Below, piece by piece: positions 35,889 through 48,591 of a stretch of 64,000 bases of DNA. The notes beneath the pieces are model-generated. The model was not told the origin of the DNA. It worked only from the letters and a program-made list of their open reading frames with translations, and did not search any database. The translations under genes and the position numbers were made by a program. How positions within the stretch are numbered: the stretch's first letter is position 1; every line of letters starts with the position of its first letter. This DNA is from Lepidodermella squamata (Eukaryota; Animalia; Gastrotricha): the NCBI GenBank assembly GCA_047495785.1, contig JBLDXI010000020.1, forward strand, positions 1,178,001 to 1,242,000, given 5' to 3'.

Positions 35889-37216
35889 CTAACGCGGATC
35901 CGTCGAGCAGTAGGTGGCGCCCATCGGGCGTTTGAAGTCGAGTTGAGAGTAATCGCCCTTCGTCCAGAATTTGCGATCTCGCTGCCAAAATCGGCTAGAT
36001 TTGTTGTCGTCATCCGCCGTGAAAACTACCAATTCATCGTGCTTCAAATTCTTGTCGATAAGAACCTGCGAGGGTGAATAATCGGTGGGGGCATTATCGT
36101 CCGAAAAAGTAACCGATTTCTTCGCATAGGTTTGACTGTCCGTGTACATTCTGAACGCGAGAACTGACGCCATGAAAACAGCGGCGAAAATCGTGAAGCA
36201 GCAAACTAGGGTGATGAGAAAATTAGGGCTGAAGGTAGCGGCCGAGTGCGATAGATGCACAGTTGCGCCAATAACCGCGGCGGCTTCTTCAATTTTCTTG
36301 CAACTTGCCGGGCAGTCCTGACAGGCACAGCTGCGATTAGTAACAGGTTCAATCTCGTTACAGGCAAGAGGTGAAAATTCGAATCTTGTCTCCTCGGATT
36401 CAGGAAGAGCCGCCAGACCGAGGCGAAGGGCTGGGATTCGATTTGCGACGAAGTTCATCAAACCAGCGACGGTCATCGGGGCTGGGAAGCCTTTGTCGTA
36501 AACAGCGCTAACGTGGTAGGCCGTGTTTTGGCACGACTCGGCTATCGACTCGAGGGTCGATTTATCAATTGCTACTCGCTTAACTGAACCGACGTAGCTA
36601 TGAGCGGAGCACGTGTCGTGAGGCCGTGTTTTAGCTAGAGGGTGTCGATTTTTCATGATAGCCGCAAGCTCAGGGTCGATTGGCAGTTCGAACTCGACTG
36701 AGTCAGACGGCTGGTCGATTTTCAGGCCTGACATGAAAGTGTCTTGGTCCGGCGAGCAGGTGATGCCGCATAGGAGATGCGCCAGGTTCGACACGCAAGA
36801 CGGGCAGTGGCCGGCAATCACCTCCAAACGCGCAAAGTGGCGGTTCAAATTTTTAATCTGATGCGCCGAGCAGCATGTAAGAAGGGGTGCTTCGGTATCT
36901 ATCAAGAAATTTAAGCATATCGAAATACGAAATCGAAAACAATAAGCCGACCATTTTTCGCGAAAAGCCTCGAGCATTTCTTCAGCAGGAAATTGGCGGC
37001 CTTTTCGTCGTCTAATGGCCTGGCTCTACCTTCGTAGGGACATGGCATGGCGATATCGGTCGCCGGGTCGGTGTAGCATTCATTGTACCAAACACAATCA
37101 GCATTCAACAAGCTGAAAAGCGAGCTTGAGGCCTGCAAAAAAATATAAAAAAATCGGCGATTACAAAACAGAAAACTCACGATGATGGTGATGAATAAGA
37201 GATTTCGCTGGATCAT
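35889..37216 (-). CDS. NPC1 N-terminal-domain-only single-pass membrane protein; exons 37216-37181, 37132-36952 and 36898-35889
   Basis: Signal peptide; ADCVWYNEC...CPYEG...TCCSAHQI...HCPSCVSNL..LLCGITCSPDQ...CNE...CACQDCPASC; one TM; about 100-aa tail; stop at 35889. Confidence 0.85.
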
Positions 37217-40085
37217 TTTTTCATTGATAATTTGAATTAAAAAGACTCGGAGTTTTTCAGTTGGAACTTGACTGGTGTATCGGCACGTGCCGTATGAATT
37301 TTAGCGCGCTCGCCGCTAGCCAAGAGGCTAAAAAAATGTTACGCAACCAGGTTTCAAGATTATTCTCGGCTTGTTTAAGAAGATAATATTCTTCCGTGAT
37401 TCGCGTATAAATAGCCGAAATATGGTTTCTCGCTTTCTCGAACTTTCGCAAAGCATCGTGAAATTAGTTCAGCTGTCAGAGTCAAGATTGAAATAGGTAC
37501 AAAAAGTTAGACCGAAAATAAACATGAATAAAGTAAAAAGCTAATAGCGCTTCATCCATAATTTTTAGATCACAAAATCATCAATCCTAGCTTCTTATTT
37601 GAAATATTCGGTACCGTATTTCGAAAATGATTTACAAACGAGCCAAACAATTATTGTTTCAAAAAGGCCTAAACAGGGAAATTCGAACAATTAATTGAAT
37701 CAAAAGTTGGCCTAGGCCTTTGGAATGCCTTAAATTTATTAAATACCGTCAAATGTAGTGACTTTGACATATTAAAAATCGAAGATGGTGTGATGAAGAC
37801 CCAAAAATGGGGTACCGTTTGATAGCCTGGAGGAAGGGAGTTCTGAAAATTGCATGTGATTTCTATTTTTATCGAGCTATTTGGGCAATAACCAAAGCCG
37901 AAATAGAAGAAGAAATCAAAACTTCCCCAACTGTTCGCCTGTTAGTTTCATGTCCCAAAAGGGTTGTCCCAAAAAACGTGTGTATTATTATACCCTTACA
38001 GGTTGGCCTTTTTTGGGGTTAGCAGACGGTGAACTATTCACGGGGTCTTTATCATACCGGCTTCGATTTTTAATATGCGAAAAACACCCTTACAGGCTAT
38101 CAAACGACGGTACCTCCTGTTTATCAGTCATCTATTTCCTCATGTTTTGCGATTAGGAGAGTTGAGCTATTCTCGAATCTTCGCTAGCTATATCGCGGAC
38201 TCGATTTCAAGTTTCCCGCATTCTACTGAAAATAACGTCGTAAACTTGCCAGATTAGACTCTCCAGCGAAACCTCCGAAACATGAATTTCGAGTTACCAT
38301 AATTTGGGGTGACATCAGCGTAGGTTATTGCGATCGACTTCGCAAATCTTCGCAAATTGACAAGCTAACCCGCTCAATATGGATGTCGCCGGAAAGCCAG
38401 TAACGAGTAGAAACAGATGTTGCAGTCAAAGTAATTATCAGGTACAAGCATGAATTGTAGTGGACAGGTAACGGTGGTCAAAGTCACCCGTTACCGTTGC
38501 ATAGCCTGTGAACAGAGTGGTTCGAAAATGACATTCGATTTCGATTTCGATCGCATGGATTCATTTGGTTAGTCACTCAAATTCTACCGGAAATCGAACT
38601 TAAAAAAAATTCCCCTTAACTTTACCTGTCATTTTATACTCAGTAATAAGTCGGATTGGTGTACATGCTGGTGCGCACATCTAGGCCTGGCTTTCCTTGG
38701 GCTATGCAGCGGTATCCCACTCATGGGGTCTTTACCTTGCCGGCTTCGATATTTGAATGGCCAAAGTCATCCCAAATTACGGTACTTTCGGCATGATTTC
38801 GAGTTACATTTTACTTCAAATTTTACTACCGGTCTGATGCATGAAAAATGGAGACAAACGACTTGAGACAAAATTTTCCTTTCTTTATTTATGAATGATC
38901 CTCGCAATTTTTATATCCTGCGGCAAAGCGTTCATTCAATGAAACACTTTCATAGACATATCTTCCACAAAGTAGTATAGTAGTAGTACATTCGACAGTT
39001 CATCATCCAAAAAATGATCTGGATAATAAACTCTGTGCATATACAGAGGCACGCAAACAGACAATTCAGTCGTATGTAAGACAATATGATCTGCGATTAT
39101 AGAATATTATTATTATTAATAGAATTTCGAAACCAAAAATGCACATCAGGCGCGGAATAGATTATTTTGTTATAATTGGGTTAATAATAGAATTTATAAT
39201 CGTATATATGTACATAAATTTCCGTTGCAGACTCAGATAATAATGATAGTATAGAAGGCGATGACAGGCAGTTTCGTTAAAAATGTGGTGGTATTACATA
39301 TTATTTTCTAACAATTTCATCATGTGACGCGAAACAAAATCTTGCGACAAATTTTCGTGTTTCGATGCCTTGTATCGTTATAACATCGCACATATCGCAG
39401 TTTCAGAACAACAGTGAAAAGAAGGTTTTTTTAAACAGTCAGTCAGAGATTCCAGGTCAATAAAACGTGTTCTATTATGTATCACCTGCTATATTATATC
39501 TTGCACGATAGATCTACAAGTATTTGTATTATATAAAGATGGCAAAACGGCACAACGATTTGAGGAGAATTCATGACATAAGCTTTCAGTTCATTTTCGC
39601 GAAAATACTCGATAAATTGCATAATCTGATTTAATATTACGATTCCAACTTTTTTTTATGAGCACAAGGGTGTCTACGAAAATTAAATGGCGATTTGGGA
39701 CTGGCACCAAGAGAAAATAAAATAGGTTCTTCAGCTAACGTCCACAACGTTTTTTTACAAATCTGTTATTTCTGCTATTATTATCATTTTTACATCAAAT
39801 CATTTCAGAAATGAGATCAGGAAATATTCAGTGCGTTTTCCTTCAATCAATCATTATTACAAATAGGATAGCGATGTTTTTGTAAAACCCTCATGCGCGT
39901 TGCATAATAATCTATCTTTTCCGATATTATTATTATAGCATATTAGAAAGCCGCAACTGGAATGTCAACGGATCAATCGATTACCTTCCTCCTCAAATCC
40001 AAAAACATTAATTAGTCGAATCAAGTCAATTTCAAGTGAGCGGTTCCTGGGCAGAGAAGATCTATGTCTTTATGACAGGATGCGG

Positions 40086-40112
40086 GAGAGAGAGAGAGAG
40101 AGAGAGAGAGAG
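40086..40112. repeat. (GA)n microsatellite
   Basis: Directly visible GA dinucleotide run. Confidence 0.9.
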
Positions 40113-40819
40113 TGCGTTTTCCATGAGAAGAAAGTGATAAAAAGAAAAGCGATCAGTATAAATGAGCGTTCTTGTTAAATCATTATGAGGAAGAATTTTC
40201 AAGTTTACCCGAAAGTGTCGCAATTTCGGTATTTGTTTCACGAATCAGGGGCGCAGCGTTGAAGGAAAAGTGTTGTTCGGCGTCTATTTTTTCATCATAA
40301 ACACGGATAACAATATATAGGTAAGTAGAATTGAACCGGGCGAGATTTTGTAATAGCTGATGATTGCGTATTTCATAACAAATTGGCCCTCGTATATCTG
40401 AATGGATTTTTATATCAAAAAATTCTTTCACGGTAGCAAAAAGCGTGCTAAACAAAGGTATAAATATTTGTTTAATAATATCGTTATATAATAATATTAT
40501 CGGGTTTCGGTTGTATAGTGGTCTCTAAACACGGCAAAGCCGTGTGTAATAATATAATCTGCGCTGACTTGAATTCACCATATTAATTAAATTTTTCGAT
40601 TTTCACAGTCATGGCCTTTTGATATGAATCTTCTTGTAACAGTAAATGGTGTGACGACAACAGTATGAAAAACTTGTGGCAAAAACGACGTGTTATACAG
40701 ATAGTATTATAATTTTTCCCTTTCTTTTTTGCGTCTCATCGAGATTCAAGTTGTTGATGTTTTGATGATGATGATGAAGATGGTGTGGTTGTTGATGACG
40801 ATTCATTCAAGGCGGAGAT

Positions 40820-43800
40820 TCACGCCTCAGACGGCAGGTCGCAGCAGTCACGGGCGCTCATTGACACGAGCCGGATCGACTCGGCCGTGTTGCTGCGGTG
40901 ATGCCCGCCATTCACCGGCGCGTAGCGAATGTTGGACGACGAACCGCCTGGGGGCAGGCCGCACGCCACGCCATGCGCCACGCCAGTCATGTGCCCGGCC
41001 GCGCAGCCGCCGCCCTTCTGGCCGAACATCAGCTGCTTATCGCTGGAGTGCAGCGATTCGGCGGCGAGAATCCGCGTCAGTCTATCGTTTTGCTGGTACC
41101 TCAGTCGCGCCTTGTTACCGGGCGGGCCTGAAAAAAATTATTATTTTTATCATTATTTGCGCAACATAAACACGCATTCATACGTATAAAAATATGACAG
41201 GTTTTATAGGTAAACAGTCTACACGCCGAGAAAAAAAAAACAAGCTTATCGCCTCGTATATCTGTAGCGCTATTGGTCATATAATTGAGTTCATATGTGT
41301 GGGTATGTGTGGCATAGGAATGTTTATCTAACGTGGGTTTTGGCTGCGGGTAATAATCATTTCAATATGTTATTAACGCCTAATCAACCCGGGTTTTAAT
41401 GCGTGCCAGAGGAAACGGGGGCTGCTACAAGTGAAATATTATAAGAATGGCGCCTGAAGCGAAAAATGGCGCGCGCATCAAGCCGGCCGCGGAACAGATG
41501 TTTCACGCGGCCGCCTTAATAACTGACACGCCGATTAGGGTGAACGATAATTAAGGAAGCGGAGGATAGAAATGCTGCTGCTGCTGCTTACCGATAAAGC
41601 TGAGGAATGCCGGCAAGAAAACGAGACCATGAGCTGCGCCCAGAATGACGATCGCCAAGAACATTCTGAAATAATATACCTGTAGCGAAAAAAGTAAACA
41701 CATCAACGTATAAATTGAGGTGGATTTTTCGCAATTATTACTTGAAAGAGCCGAGATTTAGCAAAGGCAAGAATAACGATTCCGCCCAATTTCGTGAGAG
41801 TAATGCCGGAGAAGACCGATGAGCCAATGTGCGTCACGGTGTCCGTCATGCGACTCAGCCGCGTCGGCTGTGTGCTAATGGCGAATTTGCGAACCACGTG
41901 CGAGCAGAACTCGACGGCAATGCCGATAGACATGACGAGGTTGACGAGCGAGATGGCGTTGAGATCAATGTCCCACAAGAACATGATGCCAAACATGTCG
42001 ATGACAATCATCGTAATGACGACAAGCGTGATGAACGCCGAGTAGAAGTCGAAGCCGAGCAGCACGAATGAGACGAAGAAAATCGCCGCGCCGCACAGGC
42101 CCAAATTCGTCATAGTCATCTGAGCCATATCGACGTATTGCTCGTAGAACACGTAGAAGCTCGAATAGGCGAACACCGAGTAGCCAGTGCCTGATAACGA
42201 TTCAGTGAATTCATCGGCTATTTTACGCGACTCGCGAACAGCTCCGATAAAGTCATCAGAGGTCTTCAGCACAGAATGCCAGGCCATGAAATAAGTCGCG
42301 CCTATGTCAGGATTTTCGCCCATTTTCATCAACTCAACCGCGCCTGAATACGCCGCGTGACCGCCCTTCGAGCACTTTTCGTTCGGATTGTCGTGTAAAA
42401 AGTAGTCGATGAAGTGCTTGAAGTCTTGTCGCGATGGGCGCATCGTGCTTTGATTGTAGTTGGTCGCGCATGGCCGGTATGACTTGGTAGGATCGCGGCT
42501 GTATGACGGGCAGAAATTGCCAGAGTCTTTCTCGTAACCGCAGCACGCAACCTCGGGATTCAGCCACTCGATGTAATCGTCGACCCAAGACATGGCCGGG
42601 CGAGCGATGAAACTGTAGTTTGACAACTTCGATGCCAGTGAAATTCGTTCCATCAGCGAGTTTTCATCGCAGCCAGGCAGTGAACATATTTTGTTGATCA
42701 TTTTCGGGTCTGAATAGTCGTAACCTGAGCGGACAACAAAGTAAACCGGAGGGCCGACGGCGAGGTACTTTTCAAGGTCTTCGAAGTATCGCAACAGGTA
42801 GGAATCAGTTGGCATCGCCAGTTTCTGGTCAAGTCCAATGCGCACGTGTGGAATAGCGGCCATCGAAAGGAACAAAGTTCCGACGAAGAAAACCACCTGA
42901 AAATAAAAAATCCACCTTAAACTTATTTTGTTTCATTTTTTGGATCACATTAGTTTTTCGTCACATTTCCGTATTATACGTAGAGTGCACGCAAACCTGC
43001 CAACCTGCCACACCTGGTGCATCAATATATCATCGCCGTATAATAAAAACCAGAAAAAGCGTAGAGCGGAAACCTGCAGCCGTTGAGTAACAGCAGCAAT
43101 GAATCACGGGATTTTTTATGCTCCAGAACCGCCCAGTTTTCTCCTACTCCACACACTTTCTCAAGACGCAAGCGGCGCTGAATTACCAGCGCTGTGGGAA
43201 TACAGAATAATAACGCTGCTATCTCTGTTTTTTATGCCACGGCTTTGTGAAGCCGCCATTTTTTGCGCATCTTCCAATTACTAATGTGAAGTCTTATATA
43301 TGCGCATCCTATACACGCATTATCACAACGCGAAACGGCCTCATTTCGTTCTACAAAACGCCAAATAGGAGCCATCAGTCATTCGGGAACAAAGCGAGGC
43401 CAGAAAAAACATATAACGCCGATCGAATATCGACTGCTCTCTGCATAGTCATAAAACTACAAAGCGCGCCACGCCCTGATGCGCCCACCAAACGAGCCAA
43501 GTTCGTCGGCTCGATAACAGATTGAACCCGTCTGTTTTTGTTTTCACAAGGTAAACAGGATTGTTTTTTCGTCCCAGTAAGCGATGCCAAAGATTTGAAA
43601 CGTGACGCGAATTTTTGAGCCATTTAGCAAGAGGCACGCGAGTGCACTCGCCGGTGTGGTTGGCAGGTATCTATTATCTTGAATATGACGTCTTTCAAAC
43701 AATTAACCGAGTCGCGGGCATTGACAACTACACGCTTCGCTAGCAGAATTTAATACATCCGAGCACTCGCTACCCTCGCTCTCGCTACTCTATAAAGAGC

Positions 43801-46800
43801 GAGTAAACATCGTCAATGCAAGCTAAAGCGCAGACTGGTTTTTTTGTGTATTAAGCTGGATGTTTACCGCGTTAAGCGGCGACCGATACTACGATTAATG
43901 CTACTATGGTGAAACAAAAAACGCTGCGTCAAAAAACGCGCATGTACTCTCGGCTCATCACGCCACCGGTGCGCGCTACAAAGGATAGGTCGATCGCTGC
44001 CAAGGCGACGCGACAACACACGCCACGAAAAAAACGTGAGGCAGCGGCGGGCGTTGTCTGTCTCATGCTACGAGATCATTGAGCGCGGGCCGTGCACTCA
44101 CGTCATTATTAGTGCTTAGCCTTATTTACGCGACGAACCGCAAAAAAAGTAGTAGGCTGTTAGGTAGGTTGGTAAGGAAATAAATTGAACTAAATCTACG
44201 GCTGCTACTTGGCAACAAAGACACGTTAACCTGCCGCCACGCGTGAGTTAATTCGAACAAGTGGCGCGGAGCAACACGTGCTCCATTAAACAAATTAGCT
44301 AGTCAAGTAATGAATGGATAAAAAACTCACGACTATGATGCGAACGCATGGGAACGACAGAATCGGCGCGTAGAATTTACGGAACAGGCGGAATAACATG
44401 CCACCTTTATGCTCGCCAGGTACAGATCCAGGCGCCGTGCGACAACAGCAGAAAATGTCGGGCCTCGAGCTCTGAAATATGATACGAAACATAGCAAAAA
44501 ATCGTTAATTTCGCACTTATTAAAAATCCGCCTTAAAATGTACCTTCATGCGGCGTGCGTCGAAAGTGAGCATAGCGATGAAGGCGGTCATTTGCAGGAA
44601 GAAGTTGAGAAAAACGGCCGTGCCTGCGTACAGCGAGAAAATGTGAACGGCGGGCATGTTTGACAGGGCGCCGAGCAGAAAAGCGATCGATTCTGAGAAG
44701 CTGGTCAGCATCATCGAAGGTCCGAGACGTCCGACAACGAATCCAATGCGCTCTTCAATGGTCACATCAGCCACGTACGGCAGGCGTTGGTAAGCCTGGA
44801 CTAGAATGAAGATATTGTCGACACCAACGGCCAGAACCAGGAAAGGCACTACTTCCAGAATGATCAGCGTAGGCGGGATTCCGGTATAGGCGTACAGACC
44901 CAAGGCGGCGGTGACCGAAAGCAACACAACCATAACTCCGGCAAGACCTAGGGTAGCCTTGGCGTTGATAACGATGTGAAGCAGCTGGCTGGGCTGGTAT
45001 TGGCCAAGAGCGACCGTCACGTAGACGAACATGATCAAGTACGAGAGGAGAATCGTAATTTTATCAGTATCGCTCTGCCTATCGATTTCGTCTTGAATCG
45101 ACCGCTCAGCGCGGAAGGTTACGCGGAAGGTCGAGTTCGGATGGCTGGAAACTTCGTCGGAGATGTTGGTCATCATTTCAATGAACGCCTTCTCCCAGGC
45201 AAGCGCCGGGCCATTCTCATCGTGATCGACGTAGTTTTTAACCGGGAAGGTCAGAATGATAGCTGATGAATTGAAATACTGCTCGCCAGGATAGCCACCG
45301 AATGCGAGATACGGCGCGACGATTCCGCCAAATTCTGCCATGCATTCGTGCAGCTCACCATCAGCGCCGTTCGAGCCGACATTCGACGGATTTTTCACGC
45401 ATTCATGCAAATGGTCGAGGTAACGATCGTCTTCAGTCCATTCTTCAATAGTCTTGGCGTTGTTTTGGAAGTATTGAAACACGCTCAAAAACAGCGAGCC
45501 GTTGTTGCTCGGGTACATTGGTTTCAGCGAGATATCGTCAAAGCGGACACGTTCGCCATTGAACTCAACTTCTAGGTTGATGATTTGCTGCTGCATTTCG
45601 AAGATTTTCTTGAAAATTTCGCGCTCAAACAAATAACTGCCCAGCATATCTCCATTCACGATGGTACCTAGGTCGTGGAATTGCGGATTAGGTGGCTGTG
45701 GCTTCACCTCGGTGATTATAATTTGAGAGGTGCGGTAGAATGGGCCGAAGTGCTGATCGAAGTAGTCTTTTTCAACACGAGCGCGGCTATCTGGAGCGGA
45801 CCAAAGCTCAACAGGATCGACTAGAGGCTTGCGATTTAGGGCAAGGCCACCGGTGAGCGCAGCGCAGATTGAAACGCTGAAGATCATGACCAGAACAGGG
45901 TGACGGGCGCAGAACATGCCCCAATCGCGAAAGCGCATTTCTAGCATATTTTCAAACTTGGCGCCGAATCTTTCCGTGCACGTAGTTTTGACCGACTCGT
46001 TCGTGGCGTAAATAGCCGCAACCGCCTTGGATTTCTCAATTTCGCACAGTGAATTCGTGCTTCCGGCGACGATGATCTCATCCTGAGTGATAAATCGACG
46101 GCTTCGAAGCCTGCGAGCGCAGACAATGCGGTAAACAACGGCGAAAATCAGAATGCTGCCGGTGAATATCGCGAAGCCAATCATTGCAGCAAACAAATAA
46201 CAGTCGATATTATAGAACTTGCACTGGTGTTGTAAGGCCGATGCGGGTGGCGGTGGAAGAGGGGCGCAACAGGCTGGACAATCTGCGCAACTGCATCGCA
46301 TCCGAGATCGCGGCTCGGTTTCGTTGCAAGCATACACTTTATACTTGATAGCGTTATCGTCGCCTTCAACAGGCTCGAATTTCATCTCCATTGGTACGTA
46401 TGAGTTGGTGCTAGGTTCGCCAATGAACTTGAGAAGTTTCTCGATTGTGGGATCACTGCCAACAATGATTTCCAAAGCCCTTGTTCCGGCCATTTGAACG
46501 CTGATACACGATTGAAGAACTCCTTCGATCGTAGCTCGGTCGACAAGAATCGAGCCAACTTTTTCGACGTAAGGCCCGGGAGCATCAACTTGGCGCTTGC
46601 GGCGACTGAGAGTAGGCAACGTCGAGGTAGCTTCTACAGGTTCCGCAGACGGAGTTTTATCGTCATGAGCTTCAGTAGAAAGCTTGGTTAACTCAGCAGC
46701 TACAGTAGAGGTTGCAGATTCACCATTTATATGCTCAGATTTTTCGGCAGACGAGTCCGTTTGAGTTGAAGAGGACAATTCAGTCTCAGGAGATGTTGAC

Positions 46801-47356
46801 GCACTTTGTTCATGGATTTCGGCGTGAGTTGTTGAATCGGCTGGTGAAGTTTCTGATACCGCATCTTCTAGCGCATCTTCAGAAACTTCTTCGACAGGAT
46901 GTTGCACGGACAACTCTGACATAAATGAAGATTGATCTTTGCTGCAGGTGAAGGCGCAGAACAAATGAAGCATATTCGAAAAGCAAGAGGGACAGCGGCC
47001 CACGACAGCGCGTAGTTTTTCGATGTTGCTACGAAGCGTGTGGATTTGAGCAGCAGAGCAGCATGTTCGAAGTGTGCCATCCTGTTCTCGGGAAAATAAC
47101 AACGGGCAATTGTTCAGCAGGAAATCCGCCGCACTAGTATCGTTCAATATTTTTGGGGCGCCATTATACGGACAGGCTTGAAATAGCTCAATAGAGCCTT
47201 TCTCTGACCGATGGCAATTCCCATACCAAACACAATCAGCTTGCACAGAAGAAAACAACTGGAATAAAAGAAATTAATAAAATCAAATACTTATCCAGTC
47301 CAGATTCTCACCTGATAACAAGACAAAAAGCCAAGAATTAGAATACAATGTTTCAT
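40820..47356 (-). CDS. NPC1: Niemann-Pick C1 cholesterol transporter; exons 47356-47312, 47258-44544, 44471-44331, 42896-41742, 41679-41592 and 41127-40820
   Basis: [10 protein letters not shown]; [27 protein letters not shown]; [19 protein letters not shown]...GPSM; [14 protein letters not shown]; GPPVYFV; [21 protein letters not shown]; [12 protein letters not shown]; YYFRM. Confidence 0.97.
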
Positions 47357-48157
47357 TTAATATGATGTTCTACAATATAAAATAATTGATTGAAATTCTG
47401 CCAAGCTTAAATAATTCCATAAACGTCAAAAAATATATAATACGAGTACAATGAATAAAGCCGGTATTTCCAGCCCACTGAATGTAAAGACTTTTGAATG
47501 AAAGCAACGAAAATTTCTAAGGATATCATCTATCAACCACTTATTTGTCACCATAGCTGAGCTACGCGAAATACAAATGTGGTCATTTTCCAACAATTTC
47601 ACCCAATTTAACGTAGTTCTGTCAATGAATCAAGATAATGACACCAAATCGTGGGGAGTGCGTGGATACGCGCGTCAAAGAAAAGAAAAGCGCGTGGAGG
47701 CAACCATATACAAAACACATGATGAATGGAACGCACTTTTTGCTTGGTGGAGCCATAGACATGAACCACACAGATGAATAATCTGGGCTAGTAACAACAG
47801 CGTGCATGGAAACATGGAATCATGGGCTGATCAGGCCACTGGCATCGATTTTTTTCAAAAATATGCGTTTCGCGGGTTAATTTTGGCTTGTGGCCATCAA
47901 AATTTATATAAATATCTGTAATATTACTATACTCTAAATAAAATTCGAACTACTTATTGCGCATAATCATATTTATAAGCAGCAGTTTAATTGTAATATT
48001 TGCCGGGTTTTGGCACGAGGTTTTCTATTTTTACCGGCAGATGGGTCTTACCCGATCAGTATGGCACAGACAGTGCAAATATAGCTCAAGAACTTTGAGC
48101 CCTCTACCCTCAACCATCGTCGATGTTAAGTCGTGGGCGTCGAAGTTATGAACGTTA

Positions 48158-48290
48158 TGTTCTTTCAAAGTTGGATGTTTTTTTTTAACCAAGGTTTATA
48201 ATGGTTTAACTCCTTTTGCTGGCGGTGGCGAATGAGTTAAACCATTATCAACCTTGGTTAAAAAAAAAAACATCCAACTTTGAAAGAACA
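48158..48290. repeat. Near-perfect hairpin (arms of about 55 bp), probable foldback MITE
   Basis: TGTTCTTTCAAAGTTGGATGTTTTTTTTTAACCAAGGTT...GGTTTAACTC and its reverse complement ending GAAAGAACA, around a loop of about 21 nt. Confidence 0.85.
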
Positions 48291-48591
48291 AGAACAAAGA
48301 ACAACTTGAAAGAACACAACGTAGTTATCCGTAGTTCCCATTGGCATACTGGCGTGTCGCGTGTCATGTGAATGTGTTCTATGTTTACCAATTGTGAAAT
48401 GCATGAAACTTCGAATCTTTTCTTTCAGTCTTCAAAATTATGGAGACTATAGGCTTAGTTTCTGTGCTGAATGGGGTCAGCCTTCAAGTTTCAAATGTTT
48501 TCATTAGAGCTAATGTGTTGGTTGTTTTACATTCCATCCGATTGAGCAAGATTGTCTTAGATTGGTTTATTTTTTAATTATTCATTTACGT

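Noticed and set aside
37790-38800. Degenerate direct and inverted repeats (GGGGTCTTTA...CCGGCTTCGAT; CCCAAATTA.GGTA)
   Set aside because: Probably an old transposon, but no termini or TSD could be defined
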